This document shows positions 37,019 through 51,800 of a stretch of DNA of 64,000 nt, piece after piece. Position 1 is the first letter of the stretch, and each line of letters opens with the position of its first letter. Under the pieces are notes generated by a model. It was given only the letters and a program-made list of their open reading frames with translations. It did no database searches and was not told where the DNA came from. Both the position numbers and the translations under genes were made by a program. Origin of the DNA: Basidiobolus meristosporus CBS 931.73 (Eukaryota; Fungi; Basidiobolomycota); the NCBI GenBank assembly GCA_002104905.1, contig MCFE01000262.1, positions 1-64,000 of the forward strand, given 5' to 3'.

Positions 37019-40000
37019 TGTTGTAAGAGTCTTGGAGATATTGGAAGTGATTGGGAGAACAAGTAGATAATGCGGCTTTCACTTAATGATTTATTGAATG
37101 TAAAAGTAGTATTTATACTTTTACCAGGTCTTGGCATTGCAAACACATTGAATAGGTTAATGAAGGTCCCAAGAACATGTGTGCAAGGTTTGGGGCTGTT
37201 TGGACAACTTTGTGAATTTTCATGTTCTGGGTACCTAGTATTTTGGTGAAAATATTCTAAGTAAATCCCAACAAGAAATTTGGTCAGTATTCTAGAGGAT
37301 TTAAAGGTGATGATCTAAGTGACTAAGTTAGGTGAATATTTAGGTGGAAATACAAGTTTTTACAACACTCCCACTCAGCCAAATGTTCATACTGACTAGT
37401 CCTAATTTTGCCCTAAGATATTCAAACTTGTCTCTAGCTAATGGTTTGGTAAATATGTCTGCAATCATTTCATCTGTAGGACAGTAAACTAAGCTAGCTA
37501 AGCTATTCTCTATAGCTTCACATATGAAATGATGTCTAATATCTATGTGCTTGGTTCTAGCATGAAAATTTGGATTTCTACCTAATTGTTTACATCCTTA
37601 ATTATCTTGAAATAAAGTAATAGGTGTTTTTTGACATAGGCCTAAATCTGTGAAAAGTTTTCTTAGCCGCATTGCTTCTTTTATAGCTTCACAGGCTGCC
37701 ATATACTCTGCCTCTGTGGTGGAAAGTGCTACAGTTGGTTCCTTTCCTGAATTCCATGAAATTGCTCCTTTACAGTAAAGAAAGGTGTATCCTGTGGTAA
37801 ATCTTCTGTCTTCCAAATTTTGTCCCCAATCAGCATCAGAGTATCCCACAATATCATGTTCTGAATCCTTATAAGTGTATCTGAAGCAGATATCAACAGT
37901 TCCTTTTAGGTATCAGAAATCTGCTTAACTGCTGCAATATGATCAGATCCATAGTTCTGATTTTGTTGGCTGACAACTCCCACTGAATATGAGATATCTG
38001 GACGTGTTCCAAGGATGATATACATCAGATTGTTGACTATAGATTGATAAGGAAACTCAGGGCTTTCAGATGGCATCAAGCTCTCTTGATTTGGTTGAGT
38101 TTTGACCATGTTAAGGTTTGTCTCCATTGGGGTAGCTGCTGGTTTACAGTCTTCCATTTGGTACTTCTTTAGTATATCTTGAATATACCTGAATTGACTT
38201 AGGGTGATAGTCCGGGTACTTCTGTCCATGGAGAACTTAATCCCTAAGTAGTAATTGAGTTCTCCTGAATTGCACATCTTGAACTCCTTAGATAGGCTGG
38301 ATTTAGTCTCTACCAATGTTTCTAGGTTATTGGTGGCTATAATAAGATCATCCACATATAGAGCTAATAGAACTGGATTTGCTCTATATGGCTCATAGTA
38401 TATACTCTAGTCAGCATTACTTCTTTTGAAACTCAAAGATTCCAAATAAGAATCTATCTTGCAATTCCAGGCTCTTGGTGATTGTTTGAGACCATATAGT
38501 GACTTTTTAAGCTTGCAGACCAAATGGGGGTTATCTTGGTCAACAAACCCATCAGGCTGGTCCATATACATGTCCTCATCAAGTTCTCCATTCAAAAATG
38601 CAGTTTTTACATCCATTTGATGGGTAAAAAACTTGTATTTTGCTGCAATAGCCAATATTAATCTGATGGAATTAAACCTAGCTACTGGTGCAATGGTCTC
38701 AGTGTAGTCAAGTCCTTTTGTTTGAGAGTATCCTTTGTCTACAAGTCTTGCTTTGTATCTTTCATCTGTACCATTGGCCTTGTATTATGTCTTGAAGACC
38801 CATCTGCATCCAATTGATTTTTGGTTGATTGGTAATTTGACTAAGTCCCAAGTTTGATTTTCCATCAGTGCCTGATATTCCTCAGTCATTGCAGATCTCC
38901 AAAACTTTGTCTGAGGGCTATTTAGGGCCTCTTTTACAGTCTGCGGTTCATCAATATGGACTGAATAGACATAGGCTAAGTTTGTACCCTCATTGATATA
39001 GTAATTTGGGCCACATCTTGTCTGCTTGGATCTCCGGGCATTTGATACTGGAATGATCACTTGTGGGATATTCCTGGGCACTGATCCTGGCTGAGACATG
39101 GTTGTACAGTCCTCTGGAGAGAAAAAATCTTCATTGTTTTGCTCTGATTCAATCCTGATAATTGGTGGACTTGTGATCAAATTTTTGTCATCAACCAATG
39201 TCATTTTTTGTGAAAATTTTGAATTTTCATCAAACAACACATCCCTGGACTTGATCAGCTTCTTTGCTTTGGTATTGTAGAGTCTGTATGCCTTACTCTC
39301 ATTGCAGTAGCCCAAAAATATGCATTTTAACTTTTTGGCTCAAATTTTGACTGATTTCTGGCCAGTTTTTTGGCAGATGCTGTACACTCAAATATTTTTA
39401 GATGTTCTGCACTTGGTCTGTAACTATACCATGCTTCAAATGGAGTAGAATCACAAAGTATTCTGTTATAACTCCTATTTTTAAGGTATACAACAGTGGC
39501 AACTGATTCCACCCCAAAATCATAGTATAATTGTGGATCATGGATCATTGATCTTGCCATATCAATTATTGATCTGTTAGCATGTTCTGCCACTCCATTT
39601 TGCTGTGGGGGTATGGTACGGTAGTCTCTTGCTTTATCCCATGAATTTTGCAGAAGTGGATGAAGAGTTTTGAGGTATATTCTCCACCATTGTCAGAGCG
39701 TATTTTCTTGATTTTTTCACCGGTTTCTCTCTCCACCATGGCTTTAAACTCCCTGAGCTTAGACAGAGCTTCTTCCTTTCTCTCCATGCAGTAGAACCAT
39801 GTGTATCTTGTATAATCATCAATAAAATTGATTAAATACTTCATCCCGCCTAAGGATAAATTTTGCATATGTCCACACAGATCTGAGTGAATTAGATCTT
39901 ATTTTTTCTTGGTTTTGATTAGCCAAGAGCTCTTGAACAGCTGTCTGGCTTGTTTCCCATATATGCAGGTTGCAAAGTGCTCCAAATTAGCTGGGGGATC

Positions 40001-41695
40001 AATTTTCACTCCAGAAATTAGCTGATCTTTGATCATTTTACACAAATAATCAATATTGATGTGTCCAAATCTCCTGTGCCAAAGCATTGGTGTTTCTTCA
40101 TTTAAGTTACTTATATTGGCTTCCAAATAGGATGGAATATAAGTCAACTTGTAAACACTCTGATCTCCAATGCCCAAAGCAATATGGGCACCATTTTGAT
40201 CAGTGATCCTGCATCCAGAATTGTCAAAACTGAAATTGGGTCCTTCTGCTGTGGCCTTGCTTACAGAGAGTAGGTGTTTGGCTATTTCTGGTACATAGAG
40301 TACATCTTTAAAGGTCAGTAAATGGCTTCCTTCACTGCTTCTAAGGTGTACTTAGATAGTTCCTTCTCCCACTGCATCAAGTGTCCTATTGTCACCCATG
40401 AAAACCTTCTTAATTGGAATTTCTTGATATTGGGTATAAAGTTCTTTTTGGTGTGTAAAGTATTGAGAAGCTCCAGAGTCAATATACCACATCTGAGAAT
40501 CCTTGTTTGTAGTCATATTTATTGCAGATATGAATAGTTCATCTTCAGTTGTTGCAGCATTTCCATATTCAGGCTTATCTTGCTGATAATCTTTTTTTGA
40601 GACACTGGTCTGAGGTGTGTCCTTTCCTTTTGCAGTAGTTGCAAAATAGATTGCTGTTGCGTTTGTAGAGTCTTGGGTACCTCCCTTGTAGGCTATCATT
40701 GCTTATTAAAGCATTTTCTTCTTCCTTCTTATTGGCGCTTGATTCTCTTAATTCTTCATCAGGAGCCTTCCATATATGTAATTTAAGGTTAAATATTCAG
40801 TTCTGGACTCTAGGGCTGATACAAGGCCCTGAAACTTGTCTGTCAGGCTATTCAGGATGGTAACTATCACATCCTCATCAGTAGTTTGTATGCCCACAGA
40901 TTCCATCTCATCTACCAGCAGGGTAATTCTGTTAATTAGATTTTTCATTTCTTTGCCTGGCAGCATCTTTGTAGTAAAGAATTTTTGTCTCAGATACATC
41001 TTTTTGGCAGCTGAACATCACTGGTAGGTGTCTTCTAATGCTTTCCAGGCATTCTTTGCCGTTTTTGCTCTTGAACATTGAATTAGCAATCTGTCCTTGA
41101 CATTAAGGCAAATGCAGCAAAGGCACTTTGTTCTTTCTTCTGGTACTTTAAGGCTTCCTCTCCCATATTTTTAGGAGGGCATTCTTCTCCCATGACAATA
41201 TCCCAAAGGCCTCTTTCTTGTAGCAGCATCTTTATCTTCACCTTCCACACTTGGTAGTTAGATCCATCCAACTTTTCAGCAGAGGGAAAAATTCCAGTAA
41301 TAGCAGTAGTAGACATTGCAGAGAGTGACAGCTTGGGGCTCATGACCTGTCATAGGAGTCTTGGAGATATTGGAAGTGATTGGGAGAACAAGTAGATAAT
41401 GTGTTTTTCACTTAATGATTTATTGAATGTAAAAGTAGTATTTATACTTTTACCTGGTCCTGGCATTACAAACACATAGAATAGGCTAAGGAAGGTCCCA
41501 AGAACATGTGTGCAAAGTTTGGGGCTGTTTGGACAACCTTGAGAATTTTCATGTTCTGGGTACCTAGTATTTTGGTGAAAATATTCTAAGTAAATCCCAA
41601 CAAGAAATTTGGTCAGTATTCTCTAGAATTTGAAGGTGATGATCTAAGTGACTAAGTTAGGTGAATATTTAGGTGGAAATACAAACTTTATAACA
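37019..41695 (-). mobile_element. Full-length Ty1/copia retrotransposon (Copia-2a)
   Basis: LTRs 37019-37367 and 41348-41695; TSD ATTCA at 37014-37018 and 41696-41700. PBS GGTCATGAGCCCC, PPT TTGGCTGAGTGGGAG. Heavily disrupted gag-pol. Confidence 0.96.
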
Positions 41696-43284
41696 ATTCA
41701 TGCACCAAGTTGAGTTGTCCAACATGTCGTAATCTTGATAAGACATCAGCAACAGTGTTGCTTTTCCCAGGGCAGTAGACAATTTTAAAATCAAATTGCT
41801 CAATGTATTCACTCCATCTTGTCATTCTTCTAGAGAGTACCTTCTGAGTATATATATACTTGGGTGAGGCATGATCAGTCTTCACAGTGCATGTGACTCC
41901 TTCAATATAGTATCTCCATGTCTTCAAAGAGTGTATTATATCAAGCATCTCCTTCTCATGCACTGGATAGATTTGTTCTGCTGTGTTCAGTTTCTTGGAT
42001 TCAAAGGCAACTGGGTAGTCCTTTCCCTTGTGTTCTTGGCTCAAAACTCCACCAATTGCATAATCTGAAGCATCTGTGCACAGAGTAAACTCTTTTCTGA
42101 AGTCAGGTATTCTCAAGCTTGGCAGCTTAGCAAGTTCATTCTTGAGCATCTGGAAGGTAGTATTGCAAGCTATGTCCCACTTGTAGGTATTGTCTTTGTT
42201 GAGGGTATCAGTTAAAGGGGCTGCAACACTTGCAGAGAACTTGACAAATCTCCAATTATAGGAAACCATTCCAAGGAATGATCTGAGTTCTGATATGTTA
42301 TAGGGCTGCTTCAGATTCATGATGACTTCAGTCTTTTTGGGGTCTAATGTCACTCCTTTGCTAGTCACTATGTGTTCCTGATATTCAATGTGTTCCTTGA
42401 AGAATTCACACTTTGCTAGCTTGCCATATAGTTTGTTCTCTCTTAGCTTCTTCAAGACCTATTCAATGTGCACCTCAAGATCCTCCTCTGTCTTTGCTGT
42501 ATATTAATATGTCATATAGGTTGGTTATCACAAACTTGTCTAAGAACTCCTGGAAGACAGTCTGCATCAGGGTCATGAATGTTGCAGGGGCATTGGTGAG
42601 GCCAAAACCGGTGACTAAGTACTTGTAATGTCTATATTTGGTTCTGAATGCTGTCTTAGGGATGTCTTTTGGCTTTACCCTAGTCTGGTTGTATCCTGAC
42701 ATGAGGTCAATCTTGCTTAATATAGTGACTCCATTGAGCTGGTCCAAAAGTTCATTAATGCAAAGTATGGGGTACTTATTGTGCACAGTAACTGAGTTGA
42801 TAGCTCTGTAGTCAACGCACAACCTAAGTGTTCCATCCTTCTTCTTTGCAAAAAGTACCGGTTCTCCCAAAGGTGACTTGCTGGGTCTGATATATCCTTG
42901 CTCCAGTATCTGATCTCTTTTCTCTTCATCTCTTCCAATTTCAATGTACTCATCCTGTAAGGTGTTTTACGCACTGGAGGGCTATCACCTGTGACAATGG
43001 CATGATCTACATCTCTGACCAGTGGTATGCTTACAAGTTCATCTGGAAATATGTCTGAACATCCCTTCAAAAGAGCCTGGACCTTCTGGGTTACTGGAGA
43101 TGAGGAATCATCCTGTAATACTGCCATAAGGAGCAGCTGGGTGCTTTTCTAAGTGCTCTTCAGAAGTGTGTCTTGCTAAGTTCACTTGATTCACACGCAC
43201 TGAATTGACCAGGTTGAAATCCAGTCTGGCAGGTGATAGCTCATAAGTCTTGTTGTCCTTCTGGATCTGAGTAGCAATGGTTCT

Positions 43285-43981
43285 TGTTGTGCATCAACAT
43301 TTAAAACTTTGCAAATTTTACTCCATTTGAAAATCTAGTACCCTAACTGATTTTCCCTAACCCAAACATAACAAATCCCAGTTACAGTTTATTTGATCCC
43401 ACCTCAGAATCTATTTTTAGCTATCACACCTGATCTATTTTCAAATGGTCATCACGTTATCAACCTATCTGCTAAGCCTTCCCAGGTGATTAGTCATCTG
43501 AGATCTATCCAACCACTTTGCAGTTGCCAAGACATCAGTTGATTGATGATGTAATTTTCATTTATCTTATGCACCTATGAACACCCAAATTGATTTCAAT
43601 CAATCCAGTCCCTTGGCGCTTACTAATTCAACTTGATCAGAAAAGTATAAATAAAGTGTACTGAACCTTTTGGTTTAGTGTGTGTCTCAACAAAATTAAG
43701 ATTCTGTCTCAGCAAAAATAAGAATCCAACAATTCCATTTTAGTTTCTATCCAAGCCTAGTATATCTAGCACTCCAAAGAGCACCAAGCCTAGCCTGCCT
43801 AGCAAACAAATATCATTGCCTTTATAGCCAACCCAGCTATATCCAAGACCAATATTAGATCAGAATCTTTCTGCTAATATTTCCGCCACTCTCTGACAAT
43901 TCTAAGATTCTGCACTTAATTGTCCCTTTGGTTCAGTTAAACCATTCAAGAGTTTTATTACACTTTCTCTTGGATACAACA
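43285..43981 (+). mobile_element. Solo LTR, family LTR-5 (697 bp)
   Basis: TGTTG..CAACA; perfect TSD GTTCT at 43280-43284 and 43982-43986, within the Gypsy-2C protease region. Confidence 0.93.
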
Positions 43982-45744
43982 GTTCTCCAGTTGGTTGAAG
44001 GATTACTACAAAATAGCCAGGCTTTTCCAAGTACCAGGTTAAACTTGCAGTTCCCAAATATATAGGCCTGTAGGTCTTCTTCATAGTCACTGATCTTCAT
44101 CCTTATTGGCTGAGTTATACAGTTGATTATATGAGAGTTCCCATCAGCTGTTGAGACTGAAGTTGATTTTGTGGATTCCATGTTAGTTCCAGCTTTCAAA
44201 GCAAATTACTCCAACATATACTCATGCAATGCTCCTAAGTCAATCATGATCATGGCAGGTACTCCATTGATTACTCCATTCAAGTATAATAGCTTTCCTG
44301 AGTTTGAGGTCATCTGGGATAGGTACTCTTCTGTCATATGGAAGGTGAGTCCTGAGTCTTCTTCAAGTTCATCCTCCATGTTACTGTGCTCAATGGCTTC
44401 AATATGATTGAAGGTTCTTGATGGCTGGTGTCCATTTCTTCTCTGAGGGCAGTACTTTGCAATGTGTTCCTGCTGGTAGCAACTGAAGCAAAGTCCTTTC
44501 CTCTTATATTCTTCTGAGATAGGATTCTTCTGTATAGCATCTATTTCCATTGACACTGCTTCTTATTGTCTTCTTTCATAATAATTGTAGCCTCTCTGAT
44601 TAGTCATTGTGGGCTTCCCAACTCCAAACATAGCTGAGTCATAGTCAATGGCAAGCTTGATAGCTTCTGCAATAATCTTGGGTCTTGGATAACTCACTTT
44701 GTTGCAAGCTCTTTCTTTCCACCCATTAGTAAAGTATTCCACTTGATCCAGGGGGTCCATTCTTTCATTTTGTCCAAGTAGACATCTGTACTCATAAATG
44801 TACTCTTGAATCATTTTTTTCTGTCTGAGCATCTTCAACTTTCTTCACAATAGTGTCTGCTGGTGTGGAGGTTCAAAGGCATCCTGAGTTTTTGACACAA
44901 ACTCATCCCAGGAAGAAATTGTACAGCATCCCATCATGGTGGCCAACCTGATCTTGTTGTGGTACCATTGTAAAACTGCATCTGCCAGGTAAGAGGCTAC
45001 ATGATGTAACTTGCTTTCTGGAGCAATTCCCTTAGCCTTGAAAGCTTCTTCAATATGGATGAGCCAGGTTCCCAGGTTTTCATTGACTCTGCCATGGTAC
45101 TGGTTGACCTTCACACTAAAGTTGCTCTTGACAGGGTTTTGCTGGCTTTGGGCCATGGTAGTCATTCCTTGTTGCTGCTGGCTAAGGAGCTGGAGTAACT
45201 GTTGCTGTTGGGCCAGTATTTGCTGGATAGCATTTGTACATTCTTGATTCTTGGACATCTTGAGGAAGGCTTCTTCTTTGTTAGGAGGGAGATTTCTGGT
45301 TGTTGCTGCTACCATTGTTACAAGTTCTGGTATAAGAGTTGTAGAGGATTAGTGAGTATAGCTAGTATTGTATTCACTGAAACTTGAACTGATTTTTATA
45401 GAGGTTCCAGCAGTACCTTATATGCATTGTTGCCAGATCAATTGCAGAGTAGTTGTATTTCCTAATGTACAACATGACTGATGACTCATTTGAAGGCATC
45501 ATCATCACCCAATAAGATCCTACTTGATATATCTATTGCTGTCTGATAAGGATCTGCTGATTCATCTGCTGACTAATGCAAATTGGCAGGGAACCAATCA
45601 AAAGGCACATATATATTGATGTGATGAAAATTTTGACCAAGTTTTTTGTGAAATCTGGGGTGCAATTACTTTGAATGGTCTCTGCATGGTGTCCTGACAG
45701 GATCAGTACCTTTTATTCAAAGGACTTTAAATCTGTAATTGCCT

Positions 45745-47317
45745 TTTGATGGAATCATCACAATAGTTACTGATAAAGATACAGATTCTGATCTCTGATA
45801 CCCAAAGCAATATGAGTGCCACTTTGATCAGTGATCATGCATCCAGAATTGACAAAGCTGAAACTGAGTCCTTCTGCTGTTGCCTTGCTTACACATAGTG
45901 GGCTCTTTGCTATTTCTGGTACATAGAGTACTTCTTTAAAGGTCTGTGGATGACTTCCTTCACTCCTTTAAATGCTTACTTGGGTAGTTCCTTCTCCCAC
46001 TGAGTCAAGAGTTCTATTGTCACCCATGAAAACCCCCTTGATTGGAATTTTCTAGTATTGGGTAAAAAGTTCTTTTTGTTGCCTAAAGTAATGAGATGCT
46101 CCAGAGCCAATGTACCATGACCAAGAATCCTTGCTTGTGGTCATATTTAGTGCAGATATGAATATTCTATCTTCAGTTGTTGCAGTATTTCCATATTCAG
46201 GCTTCTTTTGCTGGTTATCTCTCTTTTTGAGACACTGGTCTGAGGTGTGTCCTTTCCTTTTGCAGTATTTGTAAGACAGGTGGCTGTTGCCTTTGCAAGG
46301 TCTTGGGTACCTTCATTGTTGGCTATCATTACTATAAAAGCATGTTCTTCTTCCTTCTTATTGGTGCTTAATTTTCTTCATCCAGTGGCCTTCCATATGC
46401 ATGATCAAAGTCATATCTTCAATTCTGGACTCTAGGGCTGATACAAGTCCCTGAAACATGTCTGTCAGGCTATTTTGGATGCTTACCATCAGATCCTCCT
46501 CAGTAGTTGGTATGCCCACAGATTCCATATCATCCACCAGCAGGGTAATTCTGTTAATTAGATTTTCATTTCTTCTCCTGGAAACATCTTCAAAGTAAAG
46601 AATTTTTGTCTAAGATACATTTTCTTAGCAGCTGAGCATGACCGGTAGGTGTTTTCTAATGCCTTCCAGGTATTCCTTGCTGTATTTGCTCTTGAGCACT
46701 GAATTAACAATTTGCCCTTGACATTAAGGCAAATGCAGTTGAAGGCACTTTACTCTTTTTTCTGGTACTTTAAGGCTTCCTCTCCTATGTTTTTAGGAGG
46801 GCATTCTTCTCCCATGACAATATCCCAAAGGCCTCTTTTTTATAGCAGCTTCCTCATCTTCACCTTCCACACTTGGTAGTTAGATCCATCCTTCTTTTCA
46901 ACAGAGGTGAAAATTCTAGTAATTGCAGCAGTAGACATTGCAGAGAGTGATACCTTGGGACTCATAACCTGTTATAAGAGTCTTGGAGATATTGGAAGTA
47001 ATTTGGTAGGACAAGTAGTGTATTTGGTTTTCATTTAATGATTTATTGAATGTAAAAGTAGTATTTATACTTTTACATTCTCTTGGCATAACAGACCCAT
47101 AGAATAGGTTAAGGAAGGTCCAAGAGCATGTATGCAAAGTGTGGGGCTGTTTGGACAAATTTGAGAATTTTCATGTTCTTGGTACCTGGTATTTGGTGAA
47201 AATATTCTAAGTATATCCAAACAAGAAATTTGGTCAGTATTCCCTAGAACCTGAAGGGAATGATCTATGTGACTAAGTCAAGTGAGTAATCAGGTGGAAT
47301 TCCAAATTTTTACAACT
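45745..47317 (-). mobile_element. Copia-2 5' fragment (LTR 46970-47317, PBS, gag/PR)
   Basis: Colinear with Copia-2a 40130-41695. Confidence 0.85.
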
Positions 47318-47319
47318 AA

Positions 47320-48401
47320 CTCAAACAAGTCAAGAGAGGTTAGTTCCATCTGAAAGCCCTGACTCTCCTTATCAATATATGATTGACTGTCTGATGTATA
47401 TCATGCTTGGAACATGTCCAGATATCTCATATTCAATGGGAGATGTTAGCCAGCATAATCAGAACTTTGGATCTAATCATATTGAAGCAGTTAAGCGGAC
47501 TTTTAGATATCTGAAAGGAACTGCTGATATCTGCTTAAGATACACTTATAAGGATTCAGAGCAGGATCTTGTGGGATACTCTAATACTGATTGGGGATGA
47601 AATTTGGAAGACAGAAGATCCATTGCACAATACACCTTTCTTTACTGTAAAGGAGCAATTTCATGGAACTCAAGAAAGCAACCAACCATAGCACTTTCTA
47701 CCACAGAGGCAGAGCATATTGTAGCCTGTGAAGCTACAAAAGAAGCTATGTGGTTAAGAAAGCTTTTTACAGACTTAGGCTAATATCAAAAAATGCCTAT
47801 TACTTTATTTCAAGATAATCAAGGATGTATAGAAATAGATAGAAATCCAACTTTTCATGCTAGAACTAAGCATACATATATTAGACATCACATCATATGT
47901 GAGGCTATAGATAAGAACTTGGTTAGCTTAGCTTACTGTCCAACAGATGAAATGATTGCAGTCATATTTACCAAACCATTAGCTAGAGACAGGTTTGAAT
48001 TTCTCAGGTCAAAATTAGGACTAGTCAATATGAGCATTTAGTTGAGTGGGAGTGTTGCAAAAAATTTGTAATTCCACCTAAATATTCACCTAACTTAGTC
48101 ACTTGGATCATTACCTTTGAATCATAGGGAAAGCCAACCAAATTCCTTGTTGGGATTTACTTGGAATATTTCCACCAAAATATCAGATACCCAAAACATG
48201 AAAATTAGAAAAGTTATCCAGGCTACCCCAAGCTTTGCACACATGCACTTGGGACCTTCTGTAACCTATTTTATGTGCTTATTATGCCAAGGTCATGTAA
48301 AAGTGTAAATACTACTTTACATTCAATAAATCATTAAGTGAAAACCACATAATCTACTTGTCCTCCCAATCATATCCAATATCTCCAGGACTCTTATAAC
48401 A
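47320..48401 (+). mobile_element. Copia-2 3' fragment (RNase H, PPT, LTR 48053-48401)
   Basis: FQDNQGCIEIDRNPTFHARTKH; PPT TTAGTTGAGTGGGAG. Confidence 0.88.
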
Positions 48402-48404
48402 AAC

Positions 48405-48832
48405 ACAGGGCTGATAGTACAATCAAAAGATGCAATGTAAGACTTGTGGCCAAAGGATACTCTCAAATAAAAGGACTTGACTACACTGAGACCTTTGCAC
48501 TTGTAGCCAAGTTTAATTCCATCATATTGATATGGCTATTGCAGCCAAATATAAGTATTTTATTCATTAAATAGATGTAAAAATTACATTTTCAAATGGA
48601 GAGCTTGATGAGGATATGTATATGGACCAGCCTGATGCAAGCTTAAAAGGCCTTTATATGGACTCAAACAACCACAAAGAGCCTGGAATTGAAAAATAGA
48701 TTCTTATTTGGAATCCGTGAGTTTCAAATGGAGTAATGCCAACTATAGTTTATAATAAAAGCTAGATAGTGCAAATCCAGTTCTATTAGCTCTACATGTG
48801 GATAATCTTATTATAACTACCAATAACCAAGA
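48405..48832 (+). pseudogene. Copia-2 RT fragment
   Basis: Aligns, with a deletion, to 57300-57755. Confidence 0.75.
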
Positions 48833-51800
48833 TGTTGTAAAAATTTGTAATTCCACCTAAATATTAACCCAACTTAGTCACTTAAATCATTACCCTCAAA
48901 TTCTAGAGAATACTGACCAAATTCCTTGTTGGGATTTACTTAGAATATTTTCACCAAAATACCAGGTACCCAGAACATGAAAATTCTCAAAGCTGTCTAA
49001 ACAGCCTCAAACCTTGCACGCATGTTCTTGGGACCTCCCTTAACCTATTCTACATGCTTGTAATGCCAAGACCAGGTAAAAGTATAAATACTACTTTTAC
49101 ATTCAATAAATCATTAAGTGAAAACCACATAATCTACTTGTTCTCCTGATCCCTTCCAATATCCCCAAGACTCTTACAACAGGTTATAAGCCCCAAGCTG
49201 TCACCCTCTGCAATGTCTACAACTGCTATTACTGGAATTATCCCTCGGCTGAAAAGTTGAATGGATCTAACTACCAAGTGTGGAAGGTGAAGATGAAGAT
49301 GCTGCTACAAGAAAGAGGCCTTTGGGATATTTTCATGGGAGAAGAATGCCCTCCTAAAAACATAGGAGAGGAAGCCTTAAAGTACCAGAAGTAGGAACAA
49401 AGTACCTTTAACTGCATTTGCCTTAATGTTAAGGATAAATTGCTAATTCAATGCTCAAGAGCAAAAACGGCAAAGAATGCCTGTAGGCATTAGAAGACAC
49501 CTACCAGTCATGTTCAGCTGCTAATAAAATGTATCTGAGACAAAAATTCTTTACTACAAAGATGCTGCCAGGACAAGAAATGAAAAATCTAATTAACAGA
49601 ATTACCCTGCTGGTAGATGAGATGGAATCTGTGGGCATACCAGCTACTGATGAGGATGTGATAGTTACCATCCTGAATAGCCTGACAGACAAGTTTCAGG
49701 GCCTTGTATCAGCCCTAGAGTCCAGAACTGAATATTTGACCTTAAATTACATATACAAAAGGCTCCTGGATGAAGAATTAAGAAAATCAAGCACTGTAGT
49801 GGGGTGACAGTGACACCCACTGACAGATGTGCTCATTGCCATATTTTCTACTTCCCTATATCTCTACTACACTTATTTTAGCTCTATTCCATTTGTCTTA
49901 CCTGATGAGTACTATCCCATAGGCCAGTTGACTATCACACCTGCTTACCTTATTGCATAAGTTACCCCTCACTTTATGGAAGATTACTAGCAGTAAGTGC
50001 TTCTATATTAAGCAAGTACCTGTGCCAGTATGCGTGACACATGATCAACCCGTGTCATCTTCCATATCATTTTCATACAATATATGGTATCCCTATGTTA
50101 TATAGGTTTAAGAGTACTGATTCCTGATTGGTTGGATGTGCTGTGCCTCTTAGAACCTTCCAACACCTACTTAGAGCATTCCTAGGTCATACTGATGTCA
50201 TTAAGATTTCTATTGACATCTGGAACCTTCTGGAACACCATGATTAGTAATTACTTAGCCAGTAAGAACACTATATAAGGTAGGCTATCCCTCAACAATA
50301 AATCAGCATCCCTCTTATCAATATTCCAACTTGTTGATAAATGTGATCACTGCTACCTGCTGCTACCTGAACTTCCAACCCCAGACCACAGGACAGTCCC
50401 AGGAAACCACGCTGACAGCCAACTGACCTTAGAGGCACTACTTGTGAGGAATACTCAGAGTAGGTATCTTTTATTATATTTGATTCTTTCCCAAGTTTGT
50501 TCTTGTACAGGCAAAAATACATTTCTATTTTTGTAACTATTGACCACAGCTGCATTCTTATCAAGTCCCTGCTGGTGGAGTTTACAGTTGTTTTGACTTT
50601 GGAAGCTTTAGTACATTGTCATCTCAAAGGACGCTGAACCCATCACATACATTTGTTAAGACACCAACCAAGTTGGGGATTGTAGCACAATAGTTTTCCC
50701 TTGACAAGCTTGTGGCTTTATTCCCCATCACATTAGATTAGAGACAGAACCCAAGTATTCCTAGCAAGCTTTTGCCAGAGGTCATTGCACCCAGTGAACA
50801 CCCCACCCACAAAACACTTGAGAAGTGTTGGATGTATCTCTCCCATGGACTGATGCACAACAACAGCGTCAATAAGAAAGAAGAAGAAAATGCTTTAATA
50901 AGCCATGATAACCAGCAATGGAGGTGCCCTAGACCCTACAAAGGCAACAGCAACCTGTTTTGCAACTACTGCAAAAGGAAAGGACACACATCAGACCAGT
51001 GCTTCAAAAAGAAAGATAGTAAGCAGAAAAAGCCTGAATATGGAAATGCTGCAACAGCTGAAGATAGACTATTCATATCTGCACTAAATATGACCACAAA
51101 CAAGGATTCTCAGATATGGTATATTGACTCTGGAGCATCTCAACACTTTACACACCAAAAAGAACTTTTTACCCAATATCAAGAAATTCCAATTAAGAAG
51201 GTTTTCATGGGTGACAATAGAACACTTAATGCAGTTGGAGAAGGAACTATCCAAGTTAACCTTAGAAGCAGTGAAGGAAGCCATACACTGACCTTTAAAG
51301 AAGTTCTCTATGTACCAGAAATAGCCAAGAACCTACTCTCTGTAAGCAAGGCCACAGCAGAAGGACTCAGTTTCAGTTTTGACAATTCTGGATGCAGGAT
51401 CATTGATCAAAATCATGCCCATATTGCTTTGGGCATCAGAGATCAGAACCCATACAAGCTGACTTATATTCCATCATATTTGGAAGTAAATATAAGTAAC
51501 TTAAATGAAGAAACACCCATGCTTTGGCACAGGAAATCTGGGCACATCAATTTTGATTATTTGCACAAAATGATCAAAGATCAGCTGATTTCTGGAGTAA
51601 AAATTGATCCCCCAGCTAATTTGGAGCACTGTGAGGCCTGCATATATGGGAAACAAGCCAGACAGCTGTTCAAGAGCTCTGGGTTAATCAAAGCTAAGAA
51701 AAAATTAGAGCTAATTCACTCAGATCTGTGTGGACCTATGCAAAATTTATCCTTAGGTGGGATGAAGTATTTAATCAGTTTTATTGATGATTATACAAGA

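Larger units (their letters stand above)
35370..45580 (-). mobile_element. Gypsy-2 copy C with nested Copia-2a and solo LTR-5b; 5' LTR truncated
   Basis: 3' LTR 35370-35738; 5' LTR piece 45316-45580; PBS TGGTAGCAGC at 45305-45314. gag/PR/RT/RH/IN fragments are colinear with copy B. Confidence 0.92.

Noticed and set aside
45580-45745. NRPS adenylation-like snippet (FDQVFCEIWGA)
   Set aside because: The frame is full of stops, and the homologous copy at 34260-34430 supports a different reading frame; likely chance.
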